A DNA stretch of 60,997 bases, counting the filler. It is 7 parts of 7 records of this genome, joined end to end, with 100 filler letters (N's around TTAATTAATTAA, not from the genome) between each part and the next. Parts side by side here need not be neighbours in the genome. Positions count along the whole stretch, not along the records: positions 57,724 to 60,997 come from SRR20825010_5649; 6 more parts are not named here. One strand, 5' to 3'. Shown in pieces: positions 59,182-60,997 of the stretch; positions within the stretch are counted from its first letter, which is position 1; every line of letters begins with the position of its first letter. The position numbers were made by a program, and so were the translations under genes. The notes below the pieces were generated by a model. It did no database searches and was not told the origin of the DNA. It worked only from the letters and a program-made list of their open reading frames with translations.

Positions 59182-59192
59182 TGCTTTCCTCC

Positions 59193-59239
59193 CTGACAGG
59201 GCGTGAACCGGCTACCGGTTCGCCCCTGCCAGTTTTTTT
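59193..59239 (+). terminator. Intrinsic terminator after the thiolase gene
   Basis: CTGACAGGGCGTGAACCGG-CTA-CCGGTTCGCCCCTGCCAG followed by T7. Confidence 0.8.
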
Positions 59240-59444
59240 GATATCTCCCCGTCACCCCAAAAAGTCTTGATTCCAATCAAACTTCCTGAACTTTTGTTGT
59301 CACAGTATTTGTTTTCCTGTGGGCTTGGTTTAATAATTGTCCCGTGGGTTATGATAGAGCTGGTTCCGGCAAGCTATTTTGCGCAGCCTGCTTGGTACCG
59401 GTAGTTGTAGATGTAGCAAGAATAAAAAATCAGGAGATGATGAG

Positions 59445-60167
59445 ATGCCAAAAGTAGCACTGGTGACTGGGGGAACAAGAGGTATCGGTGAAGTCATTGC
59501 TATTGAGCTCAAGGAGGCGGGCTATCTGACGGTGGCCAATTACGGAGGCAACGATGACCGGGCCAGCGAGTTTAGGAAGCGGACCGGTATTCCCACTTAC
59601 AAGTTCGACGTATCCGATTTCGATGCCTGTAAAAACGGTATCGAAACGATAGAACGTGATATCGGCCCCGTCTCCATTCTGGTTAATAATGCGGGGATCA
59701 CCCGCGATGGCACTTTGCACAAAATGTCCCCGCAATCCTGGCAGGAGGTGCTTGATACCAATCTGGGCTCCTGTTTCAACATGAGTCGCTGTGTGATTGA
59801 GGGCATGCGTGAGCGCCGTTTTGGTCGTATCGTCAATATCGGCTCACTGAACGGTCAGGCGGGTCAGTATGGACAGGTCAATTACGCTGCGGCCAAGTCC
59901 GGGATTCACGGCTTTACCAAGGCGCTGGCGCTGGAAGGTGCGAGCATGGGGATCACGGTTAATGCGGTAGCCCCAGGCTATGTGGAAACTGATATGGTGA
60001 GGGCCGTGCCAGCCGCCGTGTTGGAAAAAATTGTTGCCCGTATTCCCGTTGGTCGGCTTGGTTCCGCCCATGATATCGCTCGGGGCGTACTGTTTCTGGT
60101 GTCGGATGAGAGTGGTTTTATTACAGGCTCTACCCTGTCCATCAACGGTGGCCAGCACATGTACTAG
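59445..60167 (+). CDS. phbB: Acetoacetyl-CoA reductase (SDR)
   Basis: VTGGTRGIG, NNAGITRD, NGQAGQYGQVNYAAAK, IPVGRLG, ending NGGQHMY; AGGAG RBS. Confidence 0.92.
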   Translation: MPKVALVTGGTRGIGEVIAIELKEAGYLTVANYGGNDDRASEFRKRTGIPTYKFDVSDFDACKNGIETIERDIGPVSILVNNAGITRDGTLHKMSPQSWQEVLDTNLGSCFNMSRCVIEGMRERRFGRIVNIGSLNGQAGQYGQVNYAAAKSGIHGFTKALALEGASMGITVNAVAPGYVETDMVRAVPAAVLEKIVARIPVGRLGSAHDIARGVLFLVSDESGFITGSTLSINGGQHMY

Positions 60168-60201
60168 CGCCGGAGCCTTTTATTTACTTTATTTCTTATT
60201 C

Positions 60202-60997
60202 TCAGGTCGGCTTCTTCAGATGGTATTTTTTCATTTTCTGGTAGAGCGTACTCTTGGCGATGCCCAAGTGTTTGGCCGCTTGGGTCATGTTGCCTTCCGC
60301 CTGTTTGATGGCGGCCTCAATGGTGGATTTTTCAACCCTGTCCAGATTACCCTGGGGTGGTGTGATGAAGGCGTTGACGTGCTCCGGCTCTAAATTGCTT
60401 TCCCCTGGCCGATAACCTTCGGGGAGATCGTCAATCGTCAGGGTTTCGTTTGTGGACATAAAACACATGCACTCCACCACATTGGCCAGTTCACGGATAT
60501 TGCCGGGCCACTCGCGGCTTTTCAGGGCCGTCATCAGGCCCGGTGAGAAGCGTTTCGCTGAGATGTCGTCGGTTTTGCGGATGCGCGCCATCACCAATTG
60601 AGCGATTCCTTCGATATCTTCCTTGCGGCCCGACAGTGGGTCGAGACTGATGGTCACGGTGGATAGCCGGAAATACAGATCCTTGCGGAACAGCCCCTCG
60701 TTCACTGCGCCTTTCAGGTCGCGGTTGGTGGCGGCAATCAGTCGGAAATCCACGGGGATCGGTTTGATGTCCCCCACCCGGTAAATTTTCTTCTCCTGCA
60801 GTACCCGCAGAAACACCGGTTGCAATTCCAGCGGCAGCTCGCCAATTTCGTCGAGAAACAGTGTGCCGCCATTGGCCGCCTCGATTTTGCCGACCATGCC
60901 GCCCTTGCGCGCGCCGGTGAACGCCCCCTCCACATGGCCGAACAGTTCGCTGCTGAGAATGTCCCGGGTGAAGCCGCCGCAGTTCAGGTCGATAAAT
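60202..60997 (-). CDS. Sigma54-dependent transcriptional activator (AAA+ and Fis HTH), 5' truncated
   Basis: Frame open to the window end: LNCG...[51 protein letters not shown]-terminal HTH. Confidence 0.95.
   Translation of the reverse strand, partial: FIDLNCGGFTRDILSSELFGHVEGAFTGARKGGMVGKIEAANGGTLFLDEIGELPLELQPVFLRVLQEKKIYRVGDIKPIPVDFRLIAATNRDLKGAVNEGLFRKDLYFRLSTVTISLDPLSGRKEDIEGIAQLVMARIRKTDDISAKRFSPGLMTALKSREWPGNIRELANVVECMCFMSTNETLTIDDLPEGYRPGESNLEPEHVNAFITPPQGNLDRVEKSTIEAAIKQAEGNMTQAAKHLGIAKSTLYQKMKKYHLKKPT

Noticed and set aside
59320-59420. Sigma54 promoter for phbB driven by the neighbouring activator
   Set aside because: Candidate GG/GC pairs have 9- or 11-nt spacing or GT at -12; there is no proper GG-N10-GC match.
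41607-60167. PHA pathway made of the phaC-like gene plus thiolase and phbB
   Set aside because: They are on different contigs, so there is no evidence of a shared genome.
1-60997. tRNA, rRNA, riboswitch, CRISPR array, transposase, integrase, prophage or defence genes
   Set aside because: None recognised; intergenic gaps are short and nearly all ORFs have ordinary assignments. Small ncRNAs cannot be excluded without a covariance-model search.

Overview
The window is not one locus. It is seven unrelated bacterial contigs joined by artificial 100-nt spacers (44 N + TTAATTAATTAA + 44 N) at 12688-12787, 16032-16131, 36066-36165, 39809-39908, 54234-54333 and 57624-57723, so gene neighbourhood only counts within a contig. 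Contig 1 (1-12687, alphaproteobacterial): sdhC-sdhD-sdhA', two tandem secreted S9 peptidases, a CitE/Mcl2 enzyme, an ACE-like M2 peptidase, a GAF histidine kinase and 'leuC-leuD-leuB-asd. Contig 2 (12788-16031): a REC protein fragment, a trypsin-PDZ protein lacking its catalytic triad, a D-threonine-aldolase-like enzyme and a BKACE. Contig 3 (16132-36065, alphaproteobacterial): TRAP permease, a co-oriented run of TTT transporter genes, dgcN, dgcA, a methyltransferase, an acyl-CoA dehydrogenase and a CoA-transferase, then nadX, an 832-aa DUF1217/flagellin-repeat protein, GGT, fliL, plsC, a cupredoxin and a HAMP kinase. Contig 4 (36166-39808): 'flhA-fliR-flhB. Contig 5 (39909-54233, betaproteobacterial-like): acuI-like, paaX-like, phaC-like, arsR-arsC-arsC-aquaporin, pstCAB plus a separate pstS, rlhA, AEC permease, nhaR-like/htpX and NlpC/P60. 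Contig 6 (54334-57623, Rhizobiales-like): clpP-clpX', a P450 and 'metY. Contig 7 (57724-60997): acyl-CoA synthetase tail, thiolase, phbB and a sigma54 activator fragment. I found no rRNA, tRNA, CRISPR array or mobile element. The best novelty candidates are the DUF1217 protein split by nested flagellin-D1-like modules behind a sigma54 promoter, the extended dgcN-dgcA operon, and the cupredoxin-sensor kinase pair. All family and taxon calls come from motif recognition by eye; no searches were run.
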